From Clostridia bacterium (GTDB lineage: Bacteria > Bacillota > Clostridia > Oscillospirales > QAMX01): 27,548 bases of DNA. The position numbers and the translations under genes were made by a program. Below, piece after piece: positions 1 through 11,502 of this stretch (within the stretch, counting starts at the first letter, position 1; every line of letters begins with the position of its first letter). The stretch is from positions 1 through 27,548 of the forward strand of contig JAFYNU010000233.1 of assembly GCA_017547975.1 (NCBI GenBank), read 5' to 3'. The notes beneath the pieces are model-generated. The model made no database searches and was not told the origin of the DNA. It saw only the letters and a program-made list of their open reading frames with translations.

Positions 1-804
1 GGTGGAGCGAAGGGAAAAGAGGTTTCGGAATTCCCGCCCGGACAATTCTTTCCCCCATAACTTCAGCTTCATCCATCCCCCCGATCCGCTTTTTACCAGT
101 TCCGTCACCCATTGATCCGGCATATCCGGCATTGCTGTACCCGGATATGCTTCAAGAATGACCGATTTTGCTTCCTCAAGAGTCAAGGTAGTCACCGATT
201 CATATCCATCGGAGCCTTTATCCCACTCGCTTTCCACCGAAATCAAATAGGGGATACCGTTTCCTCCCCAAACGTCGGCCGCCGATTCGGTTTTTCCGGA
301 GGAAATGGCATGAAACAGGGCAGAAACCGGTCGTCCTTCATAGGTCAGAAAGACGTTTTGTGTATCGGTTACCGCCTTCGCCATTTTGGCATGCTTTTCT
401 TCATACTTTTCTCCCCACTTCTCCTTTTGCTCTTCCTCTGTGGCAAAGGCCTGACAGTGGGCATAATCGGCACAAATATCGGCATCCTTGTGACTCGCCT
501 GTTGGGGATACCGATCCCGCAACTCCATTTTGTAAAGCAGATTACTTCTTGCGGCAATGGCCTGGGCTTTTAAGGCTTCCTCCGGATAGCTGGCAGGCAT
601 TTCGGCGGAGAGAGTCCCAACCAGATACTTCTCTATGGTCATAGTCTTTATCTCATCGGAAAACAACACCTCAATCAAGTCCTCGTCCCTTGGAATCTCT
701 GCTTTTTCTTCTTCTTCCATTGGATCCTCCACCACCGAAAGAACCCAAACCGGGATCAAAAAACATAGAATACAAAGCAAAAGAGAAACAATCGGCTTTT
801 TCAT
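1..804 (-). CDS. spoIID: Stage II sporulation protein D (SpoIID, lytic transglycosylase); partial, 3' end runs off the window
   Basis: Translated by hand (absent from the ORF track). ATG at 804 with GGAG upstream; open to position 1 (268 codons). MKKPIVSLLLCILCFLIPVWV (TM anchor), YLVGTLSAEMPASYPEEALKAQAIAARS, DICADYAHCQAF, FHAISSGKTESAADVWGG, PYLISVES and GREFRNLFSLRST are SpoIID family motifs. Confidence 0.92.
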   Translation of the reverse strand, partial: MKKPIVSLLLCILCFLIPVWVLSVVEDPMEEEEKAEIPRDEDLIEVLFSDEIKTMTIEKYLVGTLSAEMPASYPEEALKAQAIAARSNLLYKMELRDRYPQQASHKDADICADYAHCQAFATEEEQKEKWGEKYEEKHAKMAKAVTDTQNVFLTYEGRPVSALFHAISSGKTESAADVWGGNGIPYLISVESEWDKGSDGYESVTTLTLEEAKSVILEAYPGTAMPDMPDQWVTELVKSGSGGWMKLKLWGKELSGREFRNLFSLRST

Positions 805-863
805 TCGTCATTCTCCATTATGCAAGATTGTTTTTTGCTTCCTGCATTTTACAGGTTGCCACA

Positions 864-892
864 TTGACAAACAATTTAAAATCTGTTATACT
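864..892 (+). promoter_or_regulatory. SigA-type promoter for the citrate synthase-nth operon
   Basis: TTGACA (864-869), 17-bp spacer, TGn extended -10 plus TATACT (887-892). Confidence 0.85.
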
Positions 893-935
893 GTGAAGGC
901 GATTTGATTTTTTGATTCATATACGAGGTGACCCT

Positions 936-2294
936 ATGCCCAACAGTAAATTCCGTGAATATATTGATACCGTATGCGCCTCCCTGCCGGAATATTCCGC
1001 CATTGATTCCTCCGATTACATCCGTTACGGAGTCAAACGGGGGCTTCGCAACGCCGACGGCACCGGCGTTATGGCCGGTGTGACGAAAATCGGTGACGTA
1101 CATGGTTACGAAATGGTGGATGGCGTGCGTGTTCCTGCAAAGGGCCGCCTTTTTTACCGGGGCTATGACGTGGAACACCTCATCGACGGTTTTTCCAAAG
1201 ACGGACGTTATGGCTTTGAGGAAACCGCCTATCTGCTTCTTTTCGGTAAGCTCCCCTCCAAGGACGATTTGGAGCAGTTCCTTTTGCTTTTGAACGATTC
1301 CCGGGAGCTTCCCCGGTATTTTACCGAGGATATGATTATCAAGGCTCCTTCCAGAGATATCATGAACAAGTTGGCCCGTTCGGTTTTGGCCATGTATTCC
1401 TACGACGATACTCCCGATGATCTCTCTCCTTCCAACATTGTGCGCCAATCCCTGGAGTTGATCGCCCGCTTCCCCATCATTGTTGCCCATGCTTACCAGG
1501 TGAAACGCCACGAGTATGATAACAAGAGCATGCATATCCATAACCCCAAAACCACCCTGAATTCCGCCCAGAATCTGCTTCGTCTTTTGCGCAGTGATAA
1601 AGCCTTTACCGAAGAAGAGGCTCACCTGGTGGATATTTGCCTGGTTCTCCACGCCGAGCACGGCGGCGGTAACAACTCCGCTTTTACTTGCCGTACCCTC
1701 TCCAGCGCCGGTACCGACACTTATTCTGCTATTTCGGCGGCGGTTGGCTCCCTGAAGGGCTTCCGCCACGGCGGTGCCAACCTGAAGGTTTTAGACATGG
1801 TGGACCGTTTTAAGGCCTCGGTAGATAACCCCTACGACGAGAATGCCCTGAAGGATTATCTGGTGAAGGTCCTTCGCAAGGAAGCAGGGGACGGCAGTGG
1901 TTTGATCTACGGCATGGGTCATGCCATCTACACCCTTTCGGACCCCCGTGCTCAAATCCTGCGTAAAAATGCCGAAGCTCTGGCTGAAAAGAAGGGGCTC
2001 TGGGATGAATTCAATATTTACCGGAATATTGAACGTATGACCCCTGAAATCTTCGCTGAAATCAAGGGTGACACCAAACCCATCTGCGCCAACGTGGACC
2101 TGTATTCCGGCTTTGTTTATCAGATGCTCGGCATTCCTTCGGAAGTTTATACCCCGATTTTTGCCATTTCCCGTATCGTTGGCTGGTCCGCCCACCGCAT
2201 CGAGGAAGTTTTGACCCAAAATCGTATCATCCGTCCTGCTTACAAGTCGCTGTTTAGCGAAAACGAATACATTCCTTTGGAAGAAAGAGTGTAA
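936..2294 (+). CDS. gltA: Citrate synthase (Si-type citrate/2-methylcitrate synthase family)
   Basis: Motifs HAEHGGGNNS, HGGAN, GMGHAIYTLSDPRA and ANVDLYSG. Start moved from 912 to ATG 936, which follows the GAGGTG RBS. Confidence 0.93.
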   Translation: MPNSKFREYIDTVCASLPEYSAIDSSDYIRYGVKRGLRNADGTGVMAGVTKIGDVHGYEMVDGVRVPAKGRLFYRGYDVEHLIDGFSKDGRYGFEETAYLLLFGKLPSKDDLEQFLLLLNDSRELPRYFTEDMIIKAPSRDIMNKLARSVLAMYSYDDTPDDLSPSNIVRQSLELIARFPIIVAHAYQVKRHEYDNKSMHIHNPKTTLNSAQNLLRLLRSDKAFTEEEAHLVDICLVLHAEHGGGNNSAFTCRTLSSAGTDTYSAISAAVGSLKGFRHGGANLKVLDMVDRFKASVDNPYDENALKDYLVKVLRKEAGDGSGLIYGMGHAIYTLSDPRAQILRKNAEALAEKKGLWDEFNIYRNIERMTPEIFAEIKGDTKPICANVDLYSGFVYQMLGIPSEVYTPIFAISRIVGWSAHRIEEVLTQNRIIRPAYKSLFSENEYIPLEERV

Positions 2295-2301
2295 AACCGT
2301 C

Positions 2302-2934
2302 ATGAGTCGTAAAGATTTTGCTGTTTCCGTTTTGGATGCGTTGGAAGCAGCTTACCCAGATGCCGTATGCTCCCTCATTGCCAAGGAGCCATGGCAACTC
2401 CTGTGCGCCGTTCGTCTTTCCGCCCAATGTACCGATGCCCGGGTAAATCTTGTTACAAAGGAGCTTTTTGAAGCCTTTCCCACCCTGGATTCCCTGGCGG
2501 ATGCCCCCATTGAAGCAGTAGAAAACATCGTTCGTCCCTGCGGCCTTTTCAAGGTAAAAGCACAAAATCTAAAGGATTGTTGCCAAATGATCCGGGATCA
2601 ATTTAATGGTGTAGTTCCCGACAATATGGAGGATCTTCTCACCCTCCCCGGCGTAGGTCGAAAAACCGCCAACCTGATTCTTGGGGATGTATATGGCAAA
2701 CCTGCCGTGGTTTGTGATACTCATTGCATCCGCATTTGCAATCGTCTCGGATTCATTAAGACCACCGATCCCTATAAGGCGGAGCTTGGTCTGAAGGAAA
2801 TTCTTCCTCCCGATCGTTCCAACGATTTTTGTCATCGTTTGGTTTTGTTTGGCAGGGAATACTGTACCGCCCGTGGCCCAAAGTGTGATTCCTGCCCCTT
2901 GGCAATCCTTTGTACCTATCATATGGACTATTGA
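2302..2934 (+). CDS. nth: Endonuclease III (HhH-GPD DNA glycosylase with a 4Fe-4S cluster)
   Basis: LSAQCTDARVN, HhH LPGVGRKTAN, catalytic VCDTH, and Fe-S motif CTARGPKCDSCPLAILC. Confidence 0.96.
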   Translation: MSRKDFAVSVLDALEAAYPDAVCSLIAKEPWQLLCAVRLSAQCTDARVNLVTKELFEAFPTLDSLADAPIEAVENIVRPCGLFKVKAQNLKDCCQMIRDQFNGVVPDNMEDLLTLPGVGRKTANLILGDVYGKPAVVCDTHCIRICNRLGFIKTTDPYKAELGLKEILPPDRSNDFCHRLVLFGREYCTARGPKCDSCPLAILCTYHMDY

Positions 2935-2940
2935 TTTTCA

Positions 2941-2991
2941 TCAAAAATGAAGGAAGACCGAATAAAAAATTCGGTCTTCCTTCATTTTTGA
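2941..2991. terminator. Bidirectional intrinsic terminator between convergent nth and yfbR
   Basis: Perfect 23-bp inverted repeat TCAAAAATGAAGGAAGACCGAAT / ATTCGGTCTTCCTTCATTTTTGA with a 5-nt loop; T-runs follow the GC core on both strands. Confidence 0.85.
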
Positions 2992-3175
2992 AATCCACAG
3001 AAACTGTGTAAAACCCTGTTGATAACCATGTTCATTTGTGGAAAACCCTTGTTCGCCACCTGTTTTTACAGGGTTACACCCCATAAAACACCAATGAAAT
3101 GTCGAAAAATAAGGGATTATCTGGAAATACTTCAAAACTTTTCCACCCTTTCACTTATCTACAGCCTGTGGATAA
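2991..3175. promoter_or_regulatory. DnaA-box cluster outside oriC
   Basis: Boxes, read in TTATCCACA sense: 2991 AAATCCACA(+), 3005 TTTTACACA(-), 3017 TTATCAACA(-), 3037 TTTTCCACA(-), 3100 TTTTCGACA(-), 3139 TTTTCCACC(+), 3155 TTATCTACA(+), 3167 TTATCCACA(-, perfect). Eight in 185 bp. Confidence 0.8.
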
Positions 3176-3180
3176 GTGAT

Positions 3181-3765
3181 TCAGGAATGGGTCAGTTCAT
3201 CCAGGTTTTTGCGGTACCCATCCAGGAAATGCTTCATAAAATAATCTGCCTCATCAAAATGCATATCATATACCGCTTTTCTGGTCTGCTCCTCAGCCGA
3301 CGTAAATTCACGATTTCCGCTGGCGGTTTCCTCCATGCATTTGATATATGCCGATATCTTGTCAGCTGCTTTCACGTACCGATATTCTTCCGGGGATTCC
3401 TCTTCCATACATACCAGGGGACGGTAAGCATCCATCAAATCCTCCGGCAGCATGGCAAGCAGGTTTTCCCGGCTTTCGGATTCAATTTTACCATAGCTTT
3501 CCCGTAGCGCTTCATTTTTGTATTTCACAGGAGTGGGCATATCCCCGGTCATCACCTCGCTGGCGTCATGATAAAGAGCCGCCATGGTAATTTTACCCAC
3601 GTCAAGGTGCTTTCCAAAGAAGCGATTTCCAATTTCCGCCATGGCATGGGCAATCACCGCCGTGTCAAAAGAGTGTTCGCATACGTTTTCACTTACGTTG
3701 GACCGCATCAGACTCCACCGCCGGATGTGACGCATTCTTCCCATCATAGCATAAAATCCGTACAT
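3181..3765 (-). CDS. yfbR: HD-domain 5'-deoxynucleotidase, YfbR-like
   Basis: IRRWSLM, ENVCEHS, ALYHDASEVMTGDMPTPVKY, KAADKISAYIKC and GNREF; GGAGGT RBS. Confidence 0.85.
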   Translation of the reverse strand: MYGFYAMMGRMRHIRRWSLMRSNVSENVCEHSFDTAVIAHAMAEIGNRFFGKHLDVGKITMAALYHDASEVMTGDMPTPVKYKNEALRESYGKIESESRENLLAMLPEDLMDAYRPLVCMEEESPEEYRYVKAADKISAYIKCMEETASGNREFTSAEEQTRKAVYDMHFDEADYFMKHFLDGYRKNLDELTHS

Positions 3766-3767
3766 GA

Positions 3768-5015
3768 TTACCTCCCAAGCATCCGATTATAGGTTTCTTC
3801 CTTTTCGATCCGGCCTACCGCCGAGAAGGAAAGCACATCCGACTTGAAAATATCACAGGCCGCATTTTGAATATCCTCCCGGGTCAGACATTCGTAGGCA
3901 TCTACAATTTCCTGATAATCGGGAATCCGGCCAAAAAACAGCTCGTTTCGGGCCATCATGGAAGCCCGGCTTCCGGTGGATTCCAGTCCCAAAAGGATGT
4001 TGGTCTTGATTTTTTCCTTTGCCCGGAACAGTTCTTCTTCACTGACTCCATCCTGCTTAATCTTTTCGATTTCTTCCAGCATGGCACCGATGGCTTTTTC
4101 CTCGGTTTCCTTGCCGGTTGCGGTGTACATACCAAACAAACCCTCTGCTAAAGAACTGGCAGAATAAGAATACACCGAATAGCAAAGGCCTTCTTTGTCC
4201 CGCATCCTTTGGAATAAACGGGAGGATGCCCCGCCGCCCAAAATGGTAGAAAGAACCGCCGCCGCATATTTTCGATCATCCTTCACCGAATAGGCGGGGT
4301 AAAGGAAACCAAGATGGTTTTGCTCATACTTTTTCTTTTTGAGATAGATTGTCGGCACGTAGATTCCCGGTTCCACCACCTCCCGCTTGCCGATGGGCAA
4401 GGTGGAAAGCAGGTCGCACAACACCTGCAGATTTTTCTCATCAAAGTTTCCGGAAATTGCGGCAACTACGTTTTCTCCGCTGTAATGCTTATGTAAATAC
4501 CCCAACATTTCTTCCCGGCCAATACCCGTCAGGGATTTTTTTGTTCCCAGAATGGGCATCCCCAGGGGAGACCTGGGGTAAACGGCCTCATTGAGCTTTT
4601 CAATGGCCAGGTCCTCCGGATCGTCCTCGTACATGCCGATTTCTTCCAGAATAACCCCCCGTTCGCTTTGCACATCGCTTTCCGCCATCAGAGGTTCCAT
4701 CACCATCTCGGTAATAAGACCGGCGGCTTCCAGCATTTTGCTGTCCAGAGCCTTTACGTAAAAGGCGGTCAGTTCCTTGGTGGTGTAGGCGTTGGATTGT
4801 CCTCCGAGTGCGTCAAACGCCTCCGAAAGGGCGGCACAGCTGTGGTGCTTCGTCCCTTTGAAAAGCATATGCTCAATAAAATGAGAAATCCCCGATTCCT
4901 TTTTTTCTTCAAATCGGCTTCCGGTACCGACCCAAATGCCAAATGTCATGCTTCGGATAAAATCGGTCTTTTCGTAAACCAACCGGACCCCATTGGGTAG
5001 TGTAATTTTTTCCAT
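3768..5015 (-). CDS. M16 (pitrilysin/insulinase) family zinc peptidase
   Basis: Inverted zinc motif HxxEH (SHFIEHMLFKG), GGQSNAYT and C-domain SSRLFQRMRDKEGLCYSVYS. Start set at MEKITLPNG (5015), after the AAAGGA RBS. Confidence 0.9.
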   Translation of the reverse strand: MEKITLPNGVRLVYEKTDFIRSMTFGIWVGTGSRFEEKKESGISHFIEHMLFKGTKHHSCAALSEAFDALGGQSNAYTTKELTAFYVKALDSKMLEAAGLITEMVMEPLMAESDVQSERGVILEEIGMYEDDPEDLAIEKLNEAVYPRSPLGMPILGTKKSLTGIGREEMLGYLHKHYSGENVVAAISGNFDEKNLQVLCDLLSTLPIGKREVVEPGIYVPTIYLKKKKYEQNHLGFLYPAYSVKDDRKYAAAVLSTILGGGASSRLFQRMRDKEGLCYSVYSYSASSLAEGLFGMYTATGKETEEKAIGAMLEEIEKIKQDGVSEEELFRAKEKIKTNILLGLESTGSRASMMARNELFFGRIPDYQEIVDAYECLTREDIQNAACDIFKSDVLSFSAVGRIEKEETYNRMLGR

Positions 5016-5053
5016 GGTATATCCTTTCCTCCTCCCCAAGAGGGAAGATGATC

Positions 5054-5089
5054 AAAAAGGCGTGCGAAGATTCTCTTGCACGCCTTTTT
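5054..5089 (-). terminator. Intrinsic terminator after rnhA
   Basis: AAAAAGGCGTGC (5054-5065) / GCACGCCTTTTT (5078-5089), plus an inner AAGA/TCTT pair; T-tail on both strands. Confidence 0.75.
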
Positions 5090-5093
5090 CCGT

Positions 5094-5546
5094 TTATGCT
5101 TTTGTGGAATATTCTTTGCTTTTTTGCACCGCCATTTCGTCACAGCGGTTGTTCATGGGATTGTCCGCATGTCCCTTGACCCAGGAAAAGGTTACGTGAT
5201 GAATATCACACAGGGACAGGAGTTTTTCCCAAAGCTCCGGATTTTTGGCGCGATCGGTTTTGTTGCGCATCCAGTTATTTTTCTGCCACTTCTTTGCCCA
5301 TCCAAGCTTCATGGCATCCACCACGTACTTGGAATCGGTGTAAAGAGTCACGTCGCAGGGCATTTTCAAAAGGGACAATGCTTCGATGACACCCATCAGT
5401 TCCATCCGGTTGTTGGTGGTGTTGGCATCTCCTCCTGCGATTTCGAGCTTTTTTCCGCTCTCCACGTCGATCAGAATGGCGCCGTAACCACCCGGTCCCG
5501 GATTTCCGGAACAGGCTCCATCGGTGTAAATGGTGACCTTTCTCAT
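5094..5546 (-). CDS. rnhA: Ribonuclease HI (E. coli type, no hybrid-binding domain)
   Basis: [35 protein letters not shown] and NNRCDEMA: all four acidic catalytic residues are present. Confidence 0.96.
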   Translation of the reverse strand: MRKVTIYTDGACSGNPGPGGYGAILIDVESGKKLEIAGGDANTTNNRMELMGVIEALSLLKMPCDVTLYTDSKYVVDAMKLGWAKKWQKNNWMRNKTDRAKNPELWEKLLSLCDIHHVTFSWVKGHADNPMNNRCDEMAVQKSKEYSTKA

Positions 5547-5552
5547 GCCGAC

Positions 5553-8096
5553 TTATTCCTCAACGGAAGCTTCATCCACAGGATTTTCTTCCTCGGCTTC
5601 CCGTTCGGCGGCGGCAATAGAAATGATTTTTTCGTTTTCCTGGGCTCTCATCAGGATAACACCCTGGGAGGAGCGGCCGCAGGTACGGATATCGGCGATT
5701 TCGGTGCGGATGATGATACCCGAGCTGGAAATGATCAGGATATCCTCTTCCTTTTCCTGGGGAATGATGACCCCTGCGATTTCACCGGTCTTTTCGGTGA
5801 TGTCATGGAGAATCATACCCTTACCGCCTCTTCCGTGGAGGGTGAACTCTTCAATGGGGGTCTTCTTGCCGTAACCCTTTTCGGTTACCGTCAAAACCAC
5901 GGACCCTTCGGGGGTGGCGGCGGCGCTGATGATCTCGTCCCCATCCTCAAGCTTCATGCCGATGACACCAACGGCGGTTCTGCCCATGCAACGAACGGTA
6001 TCCTCGTGGAAGCGTACAGCTCGGCCCTTTCTGGAGCACAGGATCACGGTATCATCACCCGAGGTGATGAAGCTGGAAACCAGCTCGTCTCCCTCGTTCA
6101 GCATCAACGCACGGATACCGGCCTTGCGGGTGGTATCCAGGTCGGAAAGCTTGGTACGCTTTACCACACCCTGGCGGGTTACCAGGAAGAGATAACGCTC
6201 ATCGTAGTCCCGGATAGAAAGACCGGCAGTGACACGTTCGTCACCGGTCAACTGCAGGTAGTTGACGATATTGGCACCTCTGGCGGTTCTGCCGCCTTCG
6301 GGAATCTGATACCCCTTCAGGCGATACATCCGACCGGTATTGGTAAAGAACAGAATGTAATCGTGGGTAGAAGAAACGAAAATCTTTTCTACCACGTCTT
6401 CTTCTCTGGTGGAAAGACCGGTAATACCGCGGCCGCCGCGCTTTTGCTGTTTGTAGGTGCTCACCGGAAGACGCTTGATGTAACCAAGACGGGTCATGGT
6501 GAATACGTTATCTTCTTCCTTGATCAGGTCTTCGATATCCAGATCGTCCTCCACCGCTTCGATGGCGGTGCGGCGTTCGTCGCCATACTTATCCCGGATA
6601 GCGGTCAGTTCCTTCTTTACGACGGCGTAAATGTTTTCATCGGAGGAAAGGAGAACCTTGTATTCGGCAATTTTTGCCATCAGGTCGTTGTATTCCGCCA
6701 GCAGATCCTCGGCGGCCAGGTTGGTCAGCTGACCGAGGCGCATATTGACAATGGCCTGGGCCTGCACGTCGGTAAGACCCTTCACCATGTCGGGTTCATC
6801 CTCGGAATATTCGCCCGTTACCTTCAACATGTTCAGGACTTCGTATTCCTTGAATTCTTCCATCAAGCGAGCCTTTGCTTCGGCTTCGTTACGGCTGGTG
6901 CGGATGATGTGGACCACCTTGTCGATGTTGTCCACGGCAATCTTCAAGCCTTCCCGAATGTGGGCCCGTTCCAAAGCACGGCGCAGATTGTAACGGGTGC
7001 GGCGATAGGTCACGTCCCGCTGATGACGTACGTAATGATAAATGCAATCCCGAAGGGACAGGGTCTTTGGCTGGTTGTTTACCAGGGCGATCAGGTTCAC
7101 CGAGAAATTGGACTGGAGCTCGGTGTAGCTGTAAAGCTGGTTCAAAATCACCTGGGGATTGGCGTCCCGGCGAAGCTCCACAACGACTCTCATACCCTGA
7201 CGGTCGGATTCGTCCCGCAGATCGGTAATGCCTTCGATCTTCTTTTCCTTGTGCAGATCGGCAATGTGCTCCACAAGACGGGCCTTGTTGACCATATAAG
7301 GAATTTCGGTGATGGCAATGCGGTAGCGTCCGTTGTTGTATTCTTCGATTTCTGCCTTGGAACGGATGCGGATGGTACCACGTCCGGTGGCGTAGGCGGC
7401 CCGGATACCCGAACGGCCCATGATAATGGCGCCGGTGGGGAAGTCAGGACCCTTCACAAACTGCATCAGCTCGTCCATATCCGCATCGGGGTGGTCGATC
7501 ATATAAAGAGAAGCATCAATAACTTCACGCAGGTTGTGGGGCGGAATGTTGGTAGCCATACCAACCGCAATTCCCATAGAACCATTCACCAACAGGTTGG
7601 GGAACCGGCTGGGGAGCACGGTGGGCTCGGTCAGACGGTTATCGTAGTTGGGCATGAAGTCCACGGTATCTTTTTCAATATCGGTGAGCATTTCCACCGA
7701 CAGCTTGGTCATTTTGGCTTCGGTATAACGCTGGGCGGCAGGGGGGTCCCCGTCCACCGAACCGAAATTGCCATGGCCATCCACCAGAGGATAGCGCATG
7801 GAGAAGTCCTGGGCCAGACGAACCAGGGCATCGTAAACCGCCGCGTCACCGTGGGGGTGGTAGTTACCCATAACGTCACCGACGGTGGAGGCAGATTTCC
7901 GGTAGGCCCGTTCGGGAAGCAGGTTATTGTTATACATGGTGAAAAGGATTCTTCTGTGAATCGGCTTCAAACCATCCCGCACGTCAGGAAGCGCACGGCT
8001 GACGATAACCGACATGGCATATTCCAGGAAGGACTTGCGAACTTCCTTTTCTATGTCTACCGGGACAATTTTTTGATTTTCAAAGATGTTGTCCAT
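5553..8096 (-). CDS. gyrA: DNA gyrase subunit A
   Basis: [17 protein letters not shown], active-site RYTE, GyrA-box QKRGGRG and beta-pinwheel repeats; follows gyrB. Confidence 0.98.
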   Translation of the reverse strand: MDNIFENQKIVPVDIEKEVRKSFLEYAMSVIVSRALPDVRDGLKPIHRRILFTMYNNNLLPERAYRKSASTVGDVMGNYHPHGDAAVYDALVRLAQDFSMRYPLVDGHGNFGSVDGDPPAAQRYTEAKMTKLSVEMLTDIEKDTVDFMPNYDNRLTEPTVLPSRFPNLLVNGSMGIAVGMATNIPPHNLREVIDASLYMIDHPDADMDELMQFVKGPDFPTGAIIMGRSGIRAAYATGRGTIRIRSKAEIEEYNNGRYRIAITEIPYMVNKARLVEHIADLHKEKKIEGITDLRDESDRQGMRVVVELRRDANPQVILNQLYSYTELQSNFSVNLIALVNNQPKTLSLRDCIYHYVRHQRDVTYRRTRYNLRRALERAHIREGLKIAVDNIDKVVHIIRTSRNEAEAKARLMEEFKEYEVLNMLKVTGEYSEDEPDMVKGLTDVQAQAIVNMRLGQLTNLAAEDLLAEYNDLMAKIAEYKVLLSSDENIYAVVKKELTAIRDKYGDERRTAIEAVEDDLDIEDLIKEEDNVFTMTRLGYIKRLPVSTYKQQKRGGRGITGLSTREEDVVEKIFVSSTHDYILFFTNTGRMYRLKGYQIPEGGRTARGANIVNYLQLTGDERVTAGLSIRDYDERYLFLVTRQGVVKRTKLSDLDTTRKAGIRALMLNEGDELVSSFITSGDDTVILCSRKGRAVRFHEDTVRCMGRTAVGVIGMKLEDGDEIISAAATPEGSVVLTVTEKGYGKKTPIEEFTLHGRGGKGMILHDITEKTGEIAGVIIPQEKEEDILIISSSGIIIRTEIADIRTCGRSSQGVILMRAQENEKIISIAAAEREAEEENPVDEASVEE

Positions 8097-8112
8097 TTTC
8101 TATGATCTCCTC

Positions 8113-10071
<1,959 letters not shown>

Positions 10072-10096
10072 TCAGGCTGCCTTTCCTTGGTGTCTT

Positions 10097-10369
10097 TTAG
10101 AGAAGGTTTTGCGTGGGGTTTTTGCTTCTTTTGTAAAGGGTAGAGGATGTAATCGGGGACATGTAAAGAATATCCTTTTCCCCTTTTTTTATCAGGATCA
10201 ACGATTTCGGCAGATCAAAGGCGCCGCCAATGTTGACCAGGTTTTTCTTTTTTTCGTATTGCTCCAGAAATTCGGTGCTTTCCCGGGAGGCGGTCAGATT
10301 ATCCAAATCGAAAATACCGATCAGATCCCGATCGTCACACAGGATATTATTACCAATATGCAGGTACAT
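10097..10369 (-). CDS. remB: DUF370 protein (RemB/YaaB family)
   Basis: MYLHIGNN...LIGIFDLD...PKSLIL...LYMSPITSSTLYKR; conserved position between recF and gyrB. Confidence 0.8.
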   Translation of the reverse strand: MYLHIGNNILCDDRDLIGIFDLDNLTASRESTEFLEQYEKKKNLVNIGGAFDLPKSLILIKKGEKDILYMSPITSSTLYKRSKNPTQNLL

Positions 10370-11481
10370 TAAAATTCACATTCCTTTATGATTTGGCCGT
10401 TATGGAACACAAATTGTTTTCCTTCGGTTTCCTCTGAAAGTGTAATCGGGTCACAGCAGGTAATGAAAATCTGCCCACGATGAATATGGTTCAGAATGAA
10501 ATTTTTTCGTCCCGTATCCAGTTCGGAAAGAACGTCATCCAAAAATAACACCGGCTGACGTCCGGTTTCCATTTCGATCAGATCCCGTTCCGCAAGCTTC
10601 AGAGAAAGAGCAATGCTGCGCATTTGCCCTTGGGATGCATAATTTTTAGCCGCAAAATCGTTGATACCAATATTCAGGTCGTCCTTATGGATACCGGAAA
10701 GGGGCGTTTCGGCCTCAAATTCGCTATGCATCAGCTCGGTGAATCTTGCATAAATTCTATCTTCGTTTTCCCTGGGAGTAGCTTCAGGATCTGCTTTTGA
10801 AATGGTCTTATAGTGGATGATCAGGTCCTCCCGTCCTCCCGAAATATCTTCATGAAGTATTTTTGCCTTTTGGGTAAGGGAATCACAAAAATTCTTTCTC
10901 ATGGCAATGATTTCGGATGCGGAACGGGCCATGTCGGCATTATAAGCGTCGCATAACGTACGGTTTTTCTCGTTATATTCCTCTTTCAAAAGGGCTCGCT
11001 TCATGCGAAGGGTTCGATTGTAACGAGAAAGGGTCTCGTAATAAAAGGGACGAATTTGGCACAGAGGAAGATCCAGAAGACGCCGTCTTTCGGAAGCCCC
11101 CGCTTTGATTAAGTAGAGGTCATCGGGTGTGAAAAGTACGACCGGAAGGATGCCGATTACGTCAGAGGATCTTCTCTGGGGAATTTCGTTGAGAAGAAGA
11201 TGCTTCTTTTTTCCCCGTTCCAGGGTTACTTCCAGGGTGAAATCCCGGACTCCGTTGAAAAGAGTTTCGGAAATTCGGAAAAAAGGGGCGTCATGACGGA
11301 TCAGAATTTCGTCCTTTGGTGCCCGGAAGGATTTTTGGGCGGAAAAATAGAAAAGCGCTTCAATCAGATTTGTTTTTCCTTGGGCATTCTCTCCGGAAAT
11401 CAGGTTGACGTGGGGGGAGAAGGAACAGGAAAGGGATTCAAAGTTCCGAAAATTTTCCAGTTGAACCGAGTGGATCGGCAT
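10369..11481 (-). CDS. recF: DNA replication/repair protein RecF
   Basis: Walker A GENAQGKTN, SQGQMRS signature and LFLDDVLSELD; synteny. Confidence 0.96.
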   Translation of the reverse strand: MPIHSVQLENFRNFESLSCSFSPHVNLISGENAQGKTNLIEALFYFSAQKSFRAPKDEILIRHDAPFFRISETLFNGVRDFTLEVTLERGKKKHLLLNEIPQRRSSDVIGILPVVLFTPDDLYLIKAGASERRRLLDLPLCQIRPFYYETLSRYNRTLRMKRALLKEEYNEKNRTLCDAYNADMARSASEIIAMRKNFCDSLTQKAKILHEDISGGREDLIIHYKTISKADPEATPRENEDRIYARFTELMHSEFEAETPLSGIHKDDLNIGINDFAAKNYASQGQMRSIALSLKLAERDLIEMETGRQPVLFLDDVLSELDTGRKNFILNHIHRGQIFITCCDPITLSEETEGKQFVFHNGQIIKECEF

Positions 11482-11502
11482 GGTGTAGGTCCTTTCGCCG
11501 CT

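Noticed and set aside
805-860. SigE promoter expected for spoIID
   Set aside because: No convincing -35/-10 pair at the right spacing; not annotated.
112-907. ORF-track calls in the first 900 bp
   Set aside because: They overlap the real gene, spoIID (minus strand, 804 to the edge), or the promoter spacer.
2991-3175. Distal DnaA-box cluster as a second autonomous origin
   Set aside because: No DnaA-trios or DUE follow any box, while 12640-12696 has the full unwinding module. Kept only as a regulatory cluster.
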